In this document: piece after piece, positions 29,122 through 40,400 of the stretch
Layout of the letters: each line of letters begins with the position of its first letter
Position numbering within the stretch: the first letter of the stretch is position 1
Assembly (NCBI GenBank): GCA_963773695.1
Contig: CAVZCE010000004.1
Span: 391,476-455,475, forward strand
Length of the DNA: 64,000 bases
Direction: 5' to 3'
DNA from: an uncultured Chloroflexia bacterium
Lineage (GTDB): Bacteria > Chloroflexota > Limnocylindria > QHBO01
Notes under the pieces: generated by a model
What the model was told of the DNA's origin: nothing
Database searches by the model: none
Seen by the model: only the letters and a program-made list of their open reading frames with translations
Position numbers and translations under genes: made by a program

Positions 29122-30297
29122 ATGCGATACCTGCGCAACCTTGCGCGACGCAAGGTTCGGACCGCGCTGACCATCGGCGGGATCACCATCGGGATCTGGG
29201 CGCTGGTCGTCTTCAGCTCGATGGCGAACAAGATCACCGCGCTCGTCGAGGGCGGCTCGACGTACTACGAGGACAAGGTCATCGTCAGCGACGCCACGGG
29301 AAGCGTCGCCGGCTTCTCCTCCTCACCCTTGTCCATCGCCACCGTCCAGCTCCTGAAGGGCGTCGAGGGAGTGGACGCCCTGACGCCCACGGTCATGCTG
29401 CTGCAGGACGACGAGCCCTCGGCGGTGTCGTTTGGCATGCCGCCCATGATCACCGGACAGCAGGCGGGTACCGACGCGGGCAGGGAGTCGTTCCCGCTCA
29501 ACTACGCGTCCGGCAGGGCCATCGAGGCCTCGGACGAGGGGTCGAAGGTGACGGTGCTGGGCTCCGACATCGCCCGCAAGGTCGACAAGCACGTGGGGGA
29601 CACGATGGAGCTGCGCGGCGAGCCCTTCACCGTGATCGGGATCCTGGAGCCGACGCTGACGGCCCCGGACAGCGAGGCCATGGTGCCGCTCGCCGCCGCG
29701 CAGGCGCTGTACCTGAAGACCCTGCCGACCGTCGTCCAGGACCGGGTGCGACCGTCCGACGTCGTCACGTCGATCGTCGTCTATCTCGCACCGGGCTCCG
29801 ATCCGGCAACCGTTGCCGACCGGATCAAGGCCCGTGTCTCCGGCGTGTCGACCATGACCGGGGCCGATTTCGACGAGCAGGTCGGGTCCGCTACGGCGCT
29901 CCTGAACAACATCCTGGTGGGCATCGCGCTCATCAGCCTGGTGGTCGGCGGGATGTCCGTGGTCAACACGATGGCCATGTCCATCGCCGAGCGCACCCGC
30001 GAGATCGGGATCAAGCGGGCCATCGGCGGCAGCCGGGCCCGCATCGTTCGCGAGCTTGTCGTCGAGTCGGCGCTCATCGGCTTCATCGGAGGCTGCCTGG
30101 GACTGGCACTGGGGGCGGTCGTCGTCTTCGTGGGTGACGAGCTGGGCCGCTCCAGCGGCACGGTCCTCTTCGAGCTCACCGGGGGCACTGCGGTCACGGC
30201 GATTGCGTTCGCGATCATCCTTGGCGCACTTGCCGGGTTCCTTCCGGCGCTGCACGCCGCGCGGCTCGATCCGGTCGCGGCGCTCCGGTACGAATAG
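29122..30297 (+). CDS. ABC transporter permease (FtsX/MacB-type)
   Basis: 391-aa ORF. It has an N-terminal TM (MRYLRNLARRKVRTALTIGGITIG), a large periplasmic domain and a C-terminal FtsX 3-TM bundle (ERTREIGIKRAIGGSRARIV). Confidence 0.85.
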   Translation: MRYLRNLARRKVRTALTIGGITIGIWALVVFSSMANKITALVEGGSTYYEDKVIVSDATGSVAGFSSSPLSIATVQLLKGVEGVDALTPTVMLLQDDEPSAVSFGMPPMITGQQAGTDAGRESFPLNYASGRAIEASDEGSKVTVLGSDIARKVDKHVGDTMELRGEPFTVIGILEPTLTAPDSEAMVPLAAAQALYLKTLPTVVQDRVRPSDVVTSIVVYLAPGSDPATVADRIKARVSGVSTMTGADFDEQVGSATALLNNILVGIALISLVVGGMSVVNTMAMSIAERTREIGIKRAIGGSRARIVRELVVESALIGFIGGCLGLALGAVVVFVGDELGRSSGTVLFELTGGTAVTAIAFAIILGALAGFLPALHAARLDPVAALRYE

Positions 30298-30312
30298 GAT
30301 CGGGGGCAGACA

Positions 30313-31068
30313 GTGGCACTCCTCGAAGGACACGACCTCCGCAAGACGTACCGGATCGGCCGCCACAACGAGGTCCGGGCACTGCGCGGGATCGACTTTG
30401 CCCTCGCCGAAGGCGAGATGCTCGCCATCATGGGTCCGTCCGGATCCGGCAAGAGCACGCTCATGCACATCCTGGGTCTCCTCCACTCGCCCGACCCGGA
30501 TGGCGGGCCGGCACCGCGCCTGGAGTTCCAGGGCCGCGACGTGGTGAGCCTGAACGACACGCAGCGCACGCGCATCCGCGCCCGGGAGATGGGCTTCGTC
30601 TTCCAGGACTTCAACCTCGTCCCCACGCTGACCGCCCTGGAGAACGTCATGCTCGCGGCCGACTACGCGGGAGCTCCCGGGTCGAAGGCACGTGCAGCGA
30701 GCATGGACGCCCTGGGCCTGGTGGGCCTTGGCGAGCGGGTCCAGCACCGCCCGGCGGAGCTGTCCGGTGGCGAGCAGCAGCGGGTCGCGATCGCGCGTGC
30801 CCTGGTGAACCAGCCGTCGCTGGTCCTGGCCGATGAACCGACCGGCAACCTCGACTCGGAGCGCTCCGAGGAGGTGCTCCGCCTCCTGGGCCAGTTCAAC
30901 CGGGAACGGGGGCAGACGTTCATTCTGGTCACCCACGACCTGGAGGTCGCCGCGGCCTGCGATCGCACGATCCGCATGCGCGACGGCGTGATCCGCGAGC
31001 CGGAGGCGGAGATTGCTCCGCATGCCGGCGATGGGGCCATTGCGGCCTTTGCGGAAGTGACGGTGTAG
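30313..31068 (+). CDS. ABC transporter ATP-binding protein (MacB/LolD-type)
   Basis: Walker A GPSGSGKST, signature LSGGEQQRVAIARAL, Walker B LVLADEPTGNLD and H-loop THD. Confidence 0.9.
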   Translation: MALLEGHDLRKTYRIGRHNEVRALRGIDFALAEGEMLAIMGPSGSGKSTLMHILGLLHSPDPDGGPAPRLEFQGRDVVSLNDTQRTRIRAREMGFVFQDFNLVPTLTALENVMLAADYAGAPGSKARAASMDALGLVGLGERVQHRPAELSGGEQQRVAIARALVNQPSLVLADEPTGNLDSERSEEVLRLLGQFNRERGQTFILVTHDLEVAAACDRTIRMRDGVIREPEAEIAPHAGDGAIAAFAEVTV

Positions 31069-31132
31069 GGACGACCGTCGTCACGCGAACGTCGGCGGCG
31101 CCCGTCGGGCCACGACGCCGGCCGGTGGCTTG

Positions 31133-32791
<1,659 letters not shown>

Positions 32792-32812
32792 GGTGCTACT
32801 CGTGCTCCTTCC

Positions 32813-33865
32813 TCACTGGGGAACGGTGATGGTTCCGTCGGTGATGCCCTTGATGATCTCGTCGGCCTTGGCCTTGACCTCTGCCGGCAGGGAGTAGGCG
32901 GAGTTGAACTGGATCACCTCGCCGCCGTTGCCGAGCGAGATCGTGTAGCTCGCGCCGCCGAGCGTGCCCGAACGGATGGCGGTGATGATCTGGGTGAGGA
33001 CCGGGGCCCAGGTGTACACCTGCGCGGAGACCTCGTTGCTGGGAGCAAGGCTCGCCTGGCTCCACTGGGTGCCGAACCACGGCAGGTTGTCCTCGCGAGC
33101 CACGCCGATGGCGCCGACAACCGACTGCGAGCTGCCCGTGAGGACGTCCGCACCCCCGGAGACGAATGTCTTCGCGGCGGCCGTCATGAGGCTCGCATCA
33201 CTGAACGAGCCGGTGTAGACCGGGTTGACGGTGACCGACGAGTCGATTGACTTGGCGCCGGCAACGAAGCCGTCGACGTAGAGCTTGGCATCGCCGACCG
33301 CGATGGGGCCGATGACGCCGAGCTTGTGCGACTTGCTGATCAGCGCGGCAATGGCGCCCTGCACGTAGCCGCCCTCGTTCGAGGCAGCCTGGTAGGCGAA
33401 GACGTTCGGAAGGTTGAACGTCGAGCCCGCGGTGCCCCAGGCGAACGAGACGTTCGGGAACTGCGGCGCGAGTTGCTCCACCGTCGAGCCGTACTGGGAA
33501 CCATGGGCGACGATCAGGTTGTAGCCCTCGGTCGCGTACTGGCGAATGGCGTTGCCGGCATCGTCGACCACGAAGGCGTTGTCGGTGATCGCGATCTCAA
33601 GGTTGTACGAGGACTTGAGGCTGTCCAGGGCCTCCACCATGGACTGGGTGAAGGCGAGGTCGTTCTTGGCGCTGGGCGCGACGAGGGCGACCTTCAGCAC
33701 TGGAGCCGATGACCCCGGGCTCGCGGCGCTTGACGACCCCGTCGCTGCGGCGGTGGGGCTGGCGCTGCCAGCCGCGGACTGGGAGGCAGCGCCTCCGGAA
33801 CATGCGGCCAGCGCGAATGCGAGGCCGAGCGTCAGGATGACCTGGGAAGACTTGGACCGAAGCAC
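32813..33865 (-). CDS. BMP-family (PnrA/Med-like) ABC substrate-binding lipoprotein
   Basis: GTG at 33865, 5 nt after AAGGAGG. Lipobox LAFALAAC. The body KVALVAPSAKNDLAFTQSM...GYNLIVAHGSQYG...GVIGPIAVGDAKLYVDGF is typical of basic-membrane-protein nucleoside/purine binders. Confidence 0.85.
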   Translation of the reverse strand: MLRSKSSQVILTLGLAFALAACSGGAASQSAAGSASPTAAATGSSSAASPGSSAPVLKVALVAPSAKNDLAFTQSMVEALDSLKSSYNLEIAITDNAFVVDDAGNAIRQYATEGYNLIVAHGSQYGSTVEQLAPQFPNVSFAWGTAGSTFNLPNVFAYQAASNEGGYVQGAIAALISKSHKLGVIGPIAVGDAKLYVDGFVAGAKSIDSSVTVNPVYTGSFSDASLMTAAAKTFVSGGADVLTGSSQSVVGAIGVAREDNLPWFGTQWSQASLAPSNEVSAQVYTWAPVLTQIITAIRSGTLGGASYTISLGNGGEVIQFNSAYSLPAEVKAKADEIIKGITDGTITVPQ

Positions 33866-33944
33866 GAAGGCCTCCTTGTCGAGATGGCGGATATCGGCTG
33901 GGTGCCGATGACCGGGATGAGTGCGGCGGGCTGTGGCGACGAGC

Positions 33945-34877
33945 TCACGCTCCTCTCTCGTACGGCCTGCCAAGGGCGGCCGGCTGACGGAAGCGCCGAC
34001 CCAGGGAGAGCAGCGCAATGACGGTGAGCACCGCGGGCGCGGTGGCGGCCAGATCCGAAGCGCTGAGCGGGATGATCCCGAGCGACTTCCAGGCCAGGAC
34101 CACCGCGGCCACGAGCCCGTAGAGCAGGGAGCCGCCCATGACGCCAGCCGGGCGCCAGGCGCCGAAGTACACGAGGGCCACGGCGATGAATCCCGCGGCC
34201 TGGGTGAGGTTCATCTGGAAGATGCCGCTGTAGAGCATCAGGCTGGTGCCCGCCAGACCGGCGAGGCTGCAGCCGATGAGAACGGTCGACCACCGGATGC
34301 GCGCCACGCTGACGCCCAGGCTGTCAGCGGCGGCCGGGTTCTCGCCGACCGCCCGGATCTTCATGCCGTACGTGGTCCGGTGCAGGACGTAGGTGACGAC
34401 CGGAACGAGGAGGAAAGCCAGGTACACCAGCACCGTCTGGTTGAAGAACATGTCGCCCACGAGCGGCAGCTGCGCGAGGCCGGGGATGGCGATCGGATGC
34501 AACGAGGCGATTGGCAGCGGCGTTCCCACGAGCTTCTGGAAGAGCAGGTCGCTGAACCCGAGGCCGAACAGGTAGATGCCGATGCCGCTGATGCCCTGCT
34601 CCGCCTTGAGGGTGACGGAGATGAAGGCCGTCGCGACGCCCATGAGCAGGCCCACGCCGAGGCCGGTCAGGACGGCCAGGAGCAGGTTTCCGGTCCGGAG
34701 CGCGACGAAGTAGCTGCCGAAGGCGGCCAGCAGCATGATCCCATCGACCCCCAGGTTGATCACCCCGCTGCGCTGCCCGAGCGTCTCGCCCAGCGCGGCA
34801 AGCAGGAACGGCGTGGCCAGGGCGATGCCGGAAGCCACCGTGGTGGTGAGGATCGCCGAGGTCAGGAACTCGTTCAT
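33945..34877 (-). CDS. ABC transporter permease (BMP-system, YufQ/NupQ-like)
   Basis: 310-aa polytopic ORF with an ATGA-type overlap with the upstream permease. Motif: GERSGVINLGVDGIMLL-like (GQRSGVINLGVDGIMLL). Confidence 0.85.
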   Translation of the reverse strand: MNEFLTSAILTTTVASGIALATPFLLAALGETLGQRSGVINLGVDGIMLLAAFGSYFVALRTGNLLLAVLTGLGVGLLMGVATAFISVTLKAEQGISGIGIYLFGLGFSDLLFQKLVGTPLPIASLHPIAIPGLAQLPLVGDMFFNQTVLVYLAFLLVPVVTYVLHRTTYGMKIRAVGENPAAADSLGVSVARIRWSTVLIGCSLAGLAGTSLMLYSGIFQMNLTQAAGFIAVALVYFGAWRPAGVMGGSLLYGLVAAVVLAWKSLGIIPLSASDLAATAPAVLTVIALLSLGRRFRQPAALGRPYERGA

Positions 34878-36064
34878 GCGTCGTCCGCCCTCTCGAGCGC
34901 CGGCGGAGGCGGCGTGCCGCCGGTGGGGCGCCGCCGCTCTCGGGGAGCAGGTTGCGAGACCGCCAGCGACCGCGCCCGTGCGCGGCGGCGGGTGTACTCG
35001 ATGGACACGATGAAGACCACGGCCAGCCCCATGAGCGTCGTGATCAGGTCAGACGGGACGCCGGTCGTCACCTGGAGGGAGCCGCCGCCGACGACGAAGC
35101 CGCCGAAGAGGAAGGCGGACCCAATGGTCCACAGCGGATTCAGCGCCCCGAAGAGCGCCACGACGATCCCGTTGAATCCGGCGGATCCGGTGAACCCGGT
35201 CAGGCTGCCATCGGTCACCAGCCGGTGGGAGACGTTGCCGAAGACCAGGAGCGCCCCGGCGAGACCGCACATCGCCCCGCTGATCGTCATGGCCAGGGTC
35301 ATGGTTCGCTTGACGGGCATGCCGGCGTACCGGGATGCGTCCACCGAGAGGCCCACGGCTCGGATGCGGAAGCCCAGGCTGGTCCGCCACAGGAGCAGGT
35401 AGATCAGGGCAGCGGCCAGGATCGCGATCGGTACGCCCAAGTGCAGCTGCGTGCCGGGAACCAGGACCGGCAGCCACGCGTTGCGGGACAGGAGGCTGGT
35501 CTGGGGGATGAGGCCGCCGGCAGAGCCGGCGCCCTGGTCGATGAGCGGTCCGCCCAGCAGGAAGTTCATCATCTGGACGGCGACCAGGTTGAGCATGATG
35601 GTGCTGAGGATCTCGTTGACCCGGAAATAGGCCTTGAAGGCTCCCGGGATGGCGCCCCACACCGCTCCCCCGGCCGCGCCGGCGAGGAGCACCAGGGGAA
35701 TGAGGATGGGGCCCGGAAGGTCCGGGAAGGCGAGCGCCACGGTCGCGCTGGACAGGCCCCCCACCGCGATCTGTCCCTCGCCGCCGATGTTGAACATGTT
35801 TGCCCGGAAGGCGACGCAGATGCCCACCGCCACGAGGAGCAGCGGTGCGGCCTTGACCGCCGTCCTGCCGAGAGCGGAAGGGTCACCGAAGGCTCCCTGG
35901 ATGAGAGCCCGGTAGCCGTCGACCGGATTGGCGCCCAGCACGATCATCATGACGGCCCCGACCAGCACGACGGCCACGAGGGCCAGCGGCAGGGTCAGCC
36001 AGGTGAGGACGAAGAGGCGCCACCCTTCCCCGCGGCGTGCGAGCGCCGGGCGGAATACGGTCAC
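34874..36064 (-). CDS. ABC transporter permease (BMP-system, YufP/NupP-like)
   Basis: 396-aa polytopic ORF with FNIGGEGQIAVGGL. It is the first gene of the importer operon. Confidence 0.85.
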   Translation of the reverse strand: MTVFRPALARRGEGWRLFVLTWLTLPLALVAVVLVGAVMMIVLGANPVDGYRALIQGAFGDPSALGRTAVKAAPLLLVAVGICVAFRANMFNIGGEGQIAVGGLSSATVALAFPDLPGPILIPLVLLAGAAGGAVWGAIPGAFKAYFRVNEILSTIMLNLVAVQMMNFLLGGPLIDQGAGSAGGLIPQTSLLSRNAWLPVLVPGTQLHLGVPIAILAAALIYLLLWRTSLGFRIRAVGLSVDASRYAGMPVKRTMTLAMTISGAMCGLAGALLVFGNVSHRLVTDGSLTGFTGSAGFNGIVVALFGALNPLWTIGSAFLFGGFVVGGGSLQVTTGVPSDLITTLMGLAVVFIVSIEYTRRRARARSLAVSQPAPRERRRPTGGTPPPPALERADDA

Positions 36065-36137
36065 TCCATCGCCCCGATGCGATAGCTGGACGAGCAGGCG
36101 TAGCGGATGAGTTGCACGCTCCGGTTGCCTCGAGCCC

Positions 36138-36158
36138 GTCAGACGCTAGTCATCTGAC
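36138..36158. promoter_or_regulatory. operator-like site A: GTCAGAcgcTAGTCATCTGAC
   Basis: Contains TAGTCATCTGAC (36147-36158), shared with sites at 36320-36331 (opposite orientation) and 51599-51610. The outer arms GTCAGA/TCTGAC are inverted. It lies about 75-95 nt upstream of the importer operon start. Confidence 0.5.
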
Positions 36159-36317
36159 CTCAGCGACCATTGAAGGCATCGGCGGCAGCGTGTCCCAAGT
36201 GCCATTTGGCATGTTGTCGGTCGGCCCGCGAGGGGCCGCGGCGGCGACTTGCGCATCCGGCGGGAGAACGGGCCGATTGGCACTTGGACTCACCCGCCTC
36301 CGATGTCACAAGAGAGG

Positions 36318-36334
36318 ACGTCAGATGACTACCG
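36318..36334. promoter_or_regulatory. operator-like site B: GACGTCAGATGACTACC
   Basis: The 15-mer GACGTCAGATGACTA is identical to the minus-strand sequence spanning the gntR start codon (site C). It lies about 75 nt upstream of the ssnA-like start. Confidence 0.5.
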
Positions 36335-36409
36335 AGTGACGCCCAGGAGGCAGGACGTGCGCTGCGTGACAGTCCACCCAGGTGCGGCGGTCGCCGACCG
36401 GCGGCCAGC

Positions 36410-37444
36410 GTGAGCGAGCTCGATGCGCGGGTCACGCCGGGCCTGGTCTGCGCCCACCACCACATCTACTCCGCGCTCGCGCGCGGCATGCCGGCCCCGC
36501 CACGCACGCCCCGCACCTTCCGCGAGATCCTCGAGCAGATCTGGTGGCGGCTCGATACCGCGCTGGATCTCGAGATACTCGCCGCCTCCGCCCGGCTCGC
36601 GGCCCTCGAGGCGCTCGAGTGCGGGACGACCGCGATCGTCGACCACCACGAGTCGCCGAACGCCATCGAGGGATCGCTCTCGGTCATCGCCGATGCCTGT
36701 GCGGAGGTCGGCGTCCGCGTCGTGTGCGCCTACGGCGTCACCGACCGCCACGGGCCCGACGGGGCCGCGCGCGGGCTGGCGGAGAACCGCCGCTTCCTCG
36801 CCGCCGGCGGCCGCGGCCTGGTGGGAATCCACGCCGCCTTCACCTGCAGTGACGCCACCCTCGAGGCGGCAGCGGGGCTCGCCCGCGATCTCGACGTGGG
36901 CGTCCACGTTCATGTCTGCGAGGGACCCGAGGACGCGGCGGCTCCCCAACGCCTCCGAGCGCTGACCACCGACCGCTGGCTGCTCGCCCACGGCGTCCAC
37001 CTCGCCGACGACCACCGCCTGGCCGGCACCATCCTCCACAACCCGTTCTCCAACCTGAACAACTCGGTGGGGTACGCGGATCCGGCGCGGTTCTCCGGCC
37101 CCGTGGCACTGGGCACCGACGGCATCGGCGCGGACATGCTGTCGACCTTCCGGCTCGCCTACGCGCTCCAGCGCTCGGTGGACGTGACCGCAACGCCCGA
37201 GACCGCCTGGAGCTGGCTGGAGACCGGCTGGAGCCTGGTGCCCGAGGCGAAGGACGACCGGGTGACCTGGTCGTACGAGCCCATGCAGCCATGGCACCTG
37301 GCCTTCACGCCGGGCGTCCGACCGGTCCGCGTGGAGGTGGCCGGCGAGCTCGTCTGGGCCGATGGCCGGCCGACCCGCGTCGACCCGGTCGAGATCCGGG
37401 CCAGGGCCCGGGAGGAGGCGGCCCGCCTCCACGCCCGCCTGTGA
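36410..37444 (+). CDS. ssnA: SsnA-like amidohydrolase (ATZ/TRZ-cytosine deaminase superfamily); 5' end anomalous
   Basis: 344 aa with PGLVCAHHHIYSALARGM...FREILEQIWWRLDTAL...ECGTTAIVDHHESPNAIEGSL...HVHVCEG...HGVHL...HNPFSNLNNSVGY...LGTDGIGADM. From memory, this parallels E. coli SsnA (PGIVCSHNHFYSGLSRG...LWWRLDRAL...HNARSNMNNHVGY...LGTDGIGSDM). It lacks the usual roughly 45-aa N-terminal beta-sandwich segment. Confidence 0.8.
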   Translation: MSELDARVTPGLVCAHHHIYSALARGMPAPPRTPRTFREILEQIWWRLDTALDLEILAASARLAALEALECGTTAIVDHHESPNAIEGSLSVIADACAEVGVRVVCAYGVTDRHGPDGAARGLAENRRFLAAGGRGLVGIHAAFTCSDATLEAAAGLARDLDVGVHVHVCEGPEDAAAPQRLRALTTDRWLLAHGVHLADDHRLAGTILHNPFSNLNNSVGYADPARFSGPVALGTDGIGADMLSTFRLAYALQRSVDVTATPETAWSWLETGWSLVPEAKDDRVTWSYEPMQPWHLAFTPGVRPVRVEVAGELVWADGRPTRVDPVEIRARAREEAARLHARL

Positions 37445-37466
37445 GCCACACGCAGAGGACCTGAGC

Positions 37467-40400
37467 ATGTCCGACAGATTCCACCCCATCTCCATGGAGC
37501 AGCTGACCGAGTGGGCCTTCACCGAGCTCGAGCGCCGGGATTCGCTGTTCAACGTGCCTCGCAGCGCCTTCTTCGAGCCACGGCCGGATCATCGGTATCG
37601 GCTCCGTGAGCTCGGCGTGGAGCTCGAGACGCCCTTCGGCGTCGCTGCGGGACCGCACACCCAGCTCGCCCAGAACATCGTCGCCGCGTGGCTGGTTGGG
37701 GCCCGCGTCATCGAGCTCAAGACGGTGCAGACCCTCGACCAGATCGAGGTCCACAAGCCGTGCATCGACGTCACGGACGAGGGCTACAACGTCGAGTGGT
37801 CGCAGGAGCTGCGGGTGCACCAGTCGTTCGACGAGTACCTGCGCGCCTGGGTCCTGATCCATGCCCTCCATCGGCGCCTGGGCTGGCCCGGCGAGCGGCC
37901 CGGCGTGCTCTTCAACATGAGCGTGGGCTACAACTTCGACGGGATCCAGCAGCCGAACGTGCAGTGGTACCTCGACGCCATGGCCGATGCCGGCGCCTGG
38001 CTGCCGGGGTACGTGGACATCGTCGCCCGGCACGAGCCCGGGGTGCGCGACATCGAGATCCCCACCCGCCTGTCCGATGCGGTCACCCTCTCGACCATGC
38101 ACGGCTGCCCGCCGGACGAGATCGAGCGCATCTCGAGCTACCTCCTCGAGGACCGGCAGCTTCACACCTCGGTCAAATGCAATCCCACCCTGCTCGGCGC
38201 CGAGCGCGTGCGGGGCATCGTCAACGACGACCTCGGCTACGCCGACGTCCACATCCCGGACGAGGCGTTCGGGCACGACCTGACCTGGGACGCCGGGATC
38301 CCCATGTTCCGCCGCCTGCGTGACGTGGCAGCCGCCCGCGGCCTGACCTTCGGCCTGAAGCTGACGAACACCCTCGAGGTCGAGAACTCCCGAACGGTGT
38401 TCGACAGCGACCCGACCATGTACCTCTCCGGGCGGGCCCTCCACGCCGTCACCAGCAACCTCGCCTCGGCCATCGCCGACGAGCTCGACGGCGACCTGCC
38501 CCTCTCGTACGCCGGCGGAGCCGATGCCTTCAACGTGTCGGCGCTCCTCGCCGGCGGGATCCGCACCATCACCGTGGCCTCCGACCTGCTCAAGACCGGC
38601 GGCTACCTCCGCCTGCTCCAGTACACCGAGCAGACCGATGCGGCATTCGACGAGGTGGGAGCGCTCGACACCGCCGACTTCGTGCGCCGCACGGCGAGCC
38701 GAAACGGCTTCGAGGGCGAGGCGGGCGCCGCGGCCCGGTTCAACCTGCGCCACTACGCGGACGCGGTCCGCCACGACTGGCGGTACCTCAAGGCCTCCTT
38801 CCGAACCGATCGCTCGAAGACCACGCGACTGCTTGGCGCCTTCGACTGCATCGAGGCGCCCTGCGTGGACATGTGCGCCATCGACCAGCAGGTGCCGCGC
38901 TACATGGACGCGGTGGGCCGCGGCGACGTGAGTGACGCGCTCCGGATCGTGCGCGAGGACAATCCCCTGCCGGCGGTCCTGGGCCGCGTCTGCGACCACC
39001 TCTGCGAGCACACCTGCGTGCGCACGCATCTCGACCAGCCGCTCGCCATTCGGCAGATCAAGCGCTTCATCATGGATCGCGAAGCGGCCGACGCGGACGC
39101 GGGGAGCCGGTCGGACGCCGGGGCGGGCCGCCGGGTCGCGATCGTGGGCGCAGGCCCCTCCGGCCTTTCGGCAGCGGAGTGGCTCGCCCACCGCGGGTTC
39201 GCGGTGACGATCTTCGAGGCGCACGCCTACCCCGGCGGCATGGTCGGCGGCGCCATCCCGGCCTATCGGCTGCCGCAGGCGCAGATCGACCAGGACCTGG
39301 CCCGGCTCGAACGCCTGGGCGTCGAGATCCGCTACGACATGCGCGCGGGGGTCGATGTCACCGTCGGAAGCCTCCTGGCCGACGGCCACGAGGCGGTCTT
39401 CGTGGCGATCGGCGCCCAGGTCGGCCGGCGCCTCGGCCTGGAGGGCGAGGATGCCGCCGGGATCGTGGACGGGATCGCATTCCTGCGCGACGTCCGCGAG
39501 GGCCACCCCCCGGCGGTGGGTCCCCGCGTCGGCGTCGTTGGCGCCGGCGACACCGCCATGGACTGCGCGCGCAGCGCGCTGCGCGTCGGCGCCGGCGCGG
39601 TCTCGCTCGTCTACCGGCGCACCATCGACCAGATGCCGGCCGATCGCGAGGAGATCCACGCCATCGGCGAGGAGGGCGTCGAGATCGTGGAACGCGCCCG
39701 GCCCGTGGGCCTGCACATCGTGGACGGACGGCTGGCCGGGCTGCGCTGCGTCCGGACGGAGTACCGTGCCGAGCGCGACGCATCCGGCCGCAAGGTTCCC
39801 TTCGACCTGCCGGGCAGCGAGTTCGAGATCGAGCTCGACACCCTCATTCTGGCGATCAGCCAGCACGCCGCCCTCGACTGCTTCGGCCCGACGCTCCCCG
39901 AGCTGAACCCCGCTGGCTACATCGGGGTGGATCCGGACACGCTGGAGACCTCCATCCCCGGCGTCTACGCCGGGGGCGACGTCTCCTCCCACGGCCCTGC
40001 CTCGATCGTGCGCGCCGCGGCCGACGGCAAGCGGGCCGCCAGGGCCATCGCCGCGCGGCTGGGGGTCACCGACGAGCCACAGGCCGATGGCGACGGCATC
40101 GTCGATCTCCAGGCGCTTGTCCTGCGCCGCGGACGGCGCCAGTACCGCCAGCCGGTGGCGAGCACCCCCCTCGAGGAGCGCGGCGGCTTCGCCGAGACGG
40201 TCGTGGGCTACACCCCGGAGCAGGCGATCGTGGAGGCGGCGCGATGCCTCCGCTGCGACCAGCTGTGCAGCCTCTGCGTGGGCGTCTGTCCCAACATGGC
40301 CCTGCTGACCTACGAGGTCGCTCCGCGGCGCGCCACCCTCCCCGCGCTCACCCTTGACGGCGACCGCCTGGTGCCCACGGGCAGCGTCGCGTTCGGGGTC

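Noticed and set aside
36195-36295. Sigma-54 promoter suggested by two TGGCAC motifs.
   Set aside because: Neither TGGCAC is followed by TTGC at the required 5-nt spacing, and no enhancer-binding-protein gene is nearby.
36065-36409. Purine (guanine/adenine/xanthine) riboswitch in the long leader next to purine-type genes.
   Set aside because: I could not find the conserved three-way junction sequences of known purine riboswitch classes by eye. Only generic inverted repeats are present. This needs a covariance-model scan before any claim.
36411-36413. In-frame TGA just before the ssnA-like gene as a possible selenocysteine codon, considered because the neighbourhood is selenium-associated in other bacteria.
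   Set aside because: Reading through this TGA stays in the wrong frame for the conserved SsnA core. No SECIS-like hairpin follows. A frameshift or GTGA coupling explains it better.
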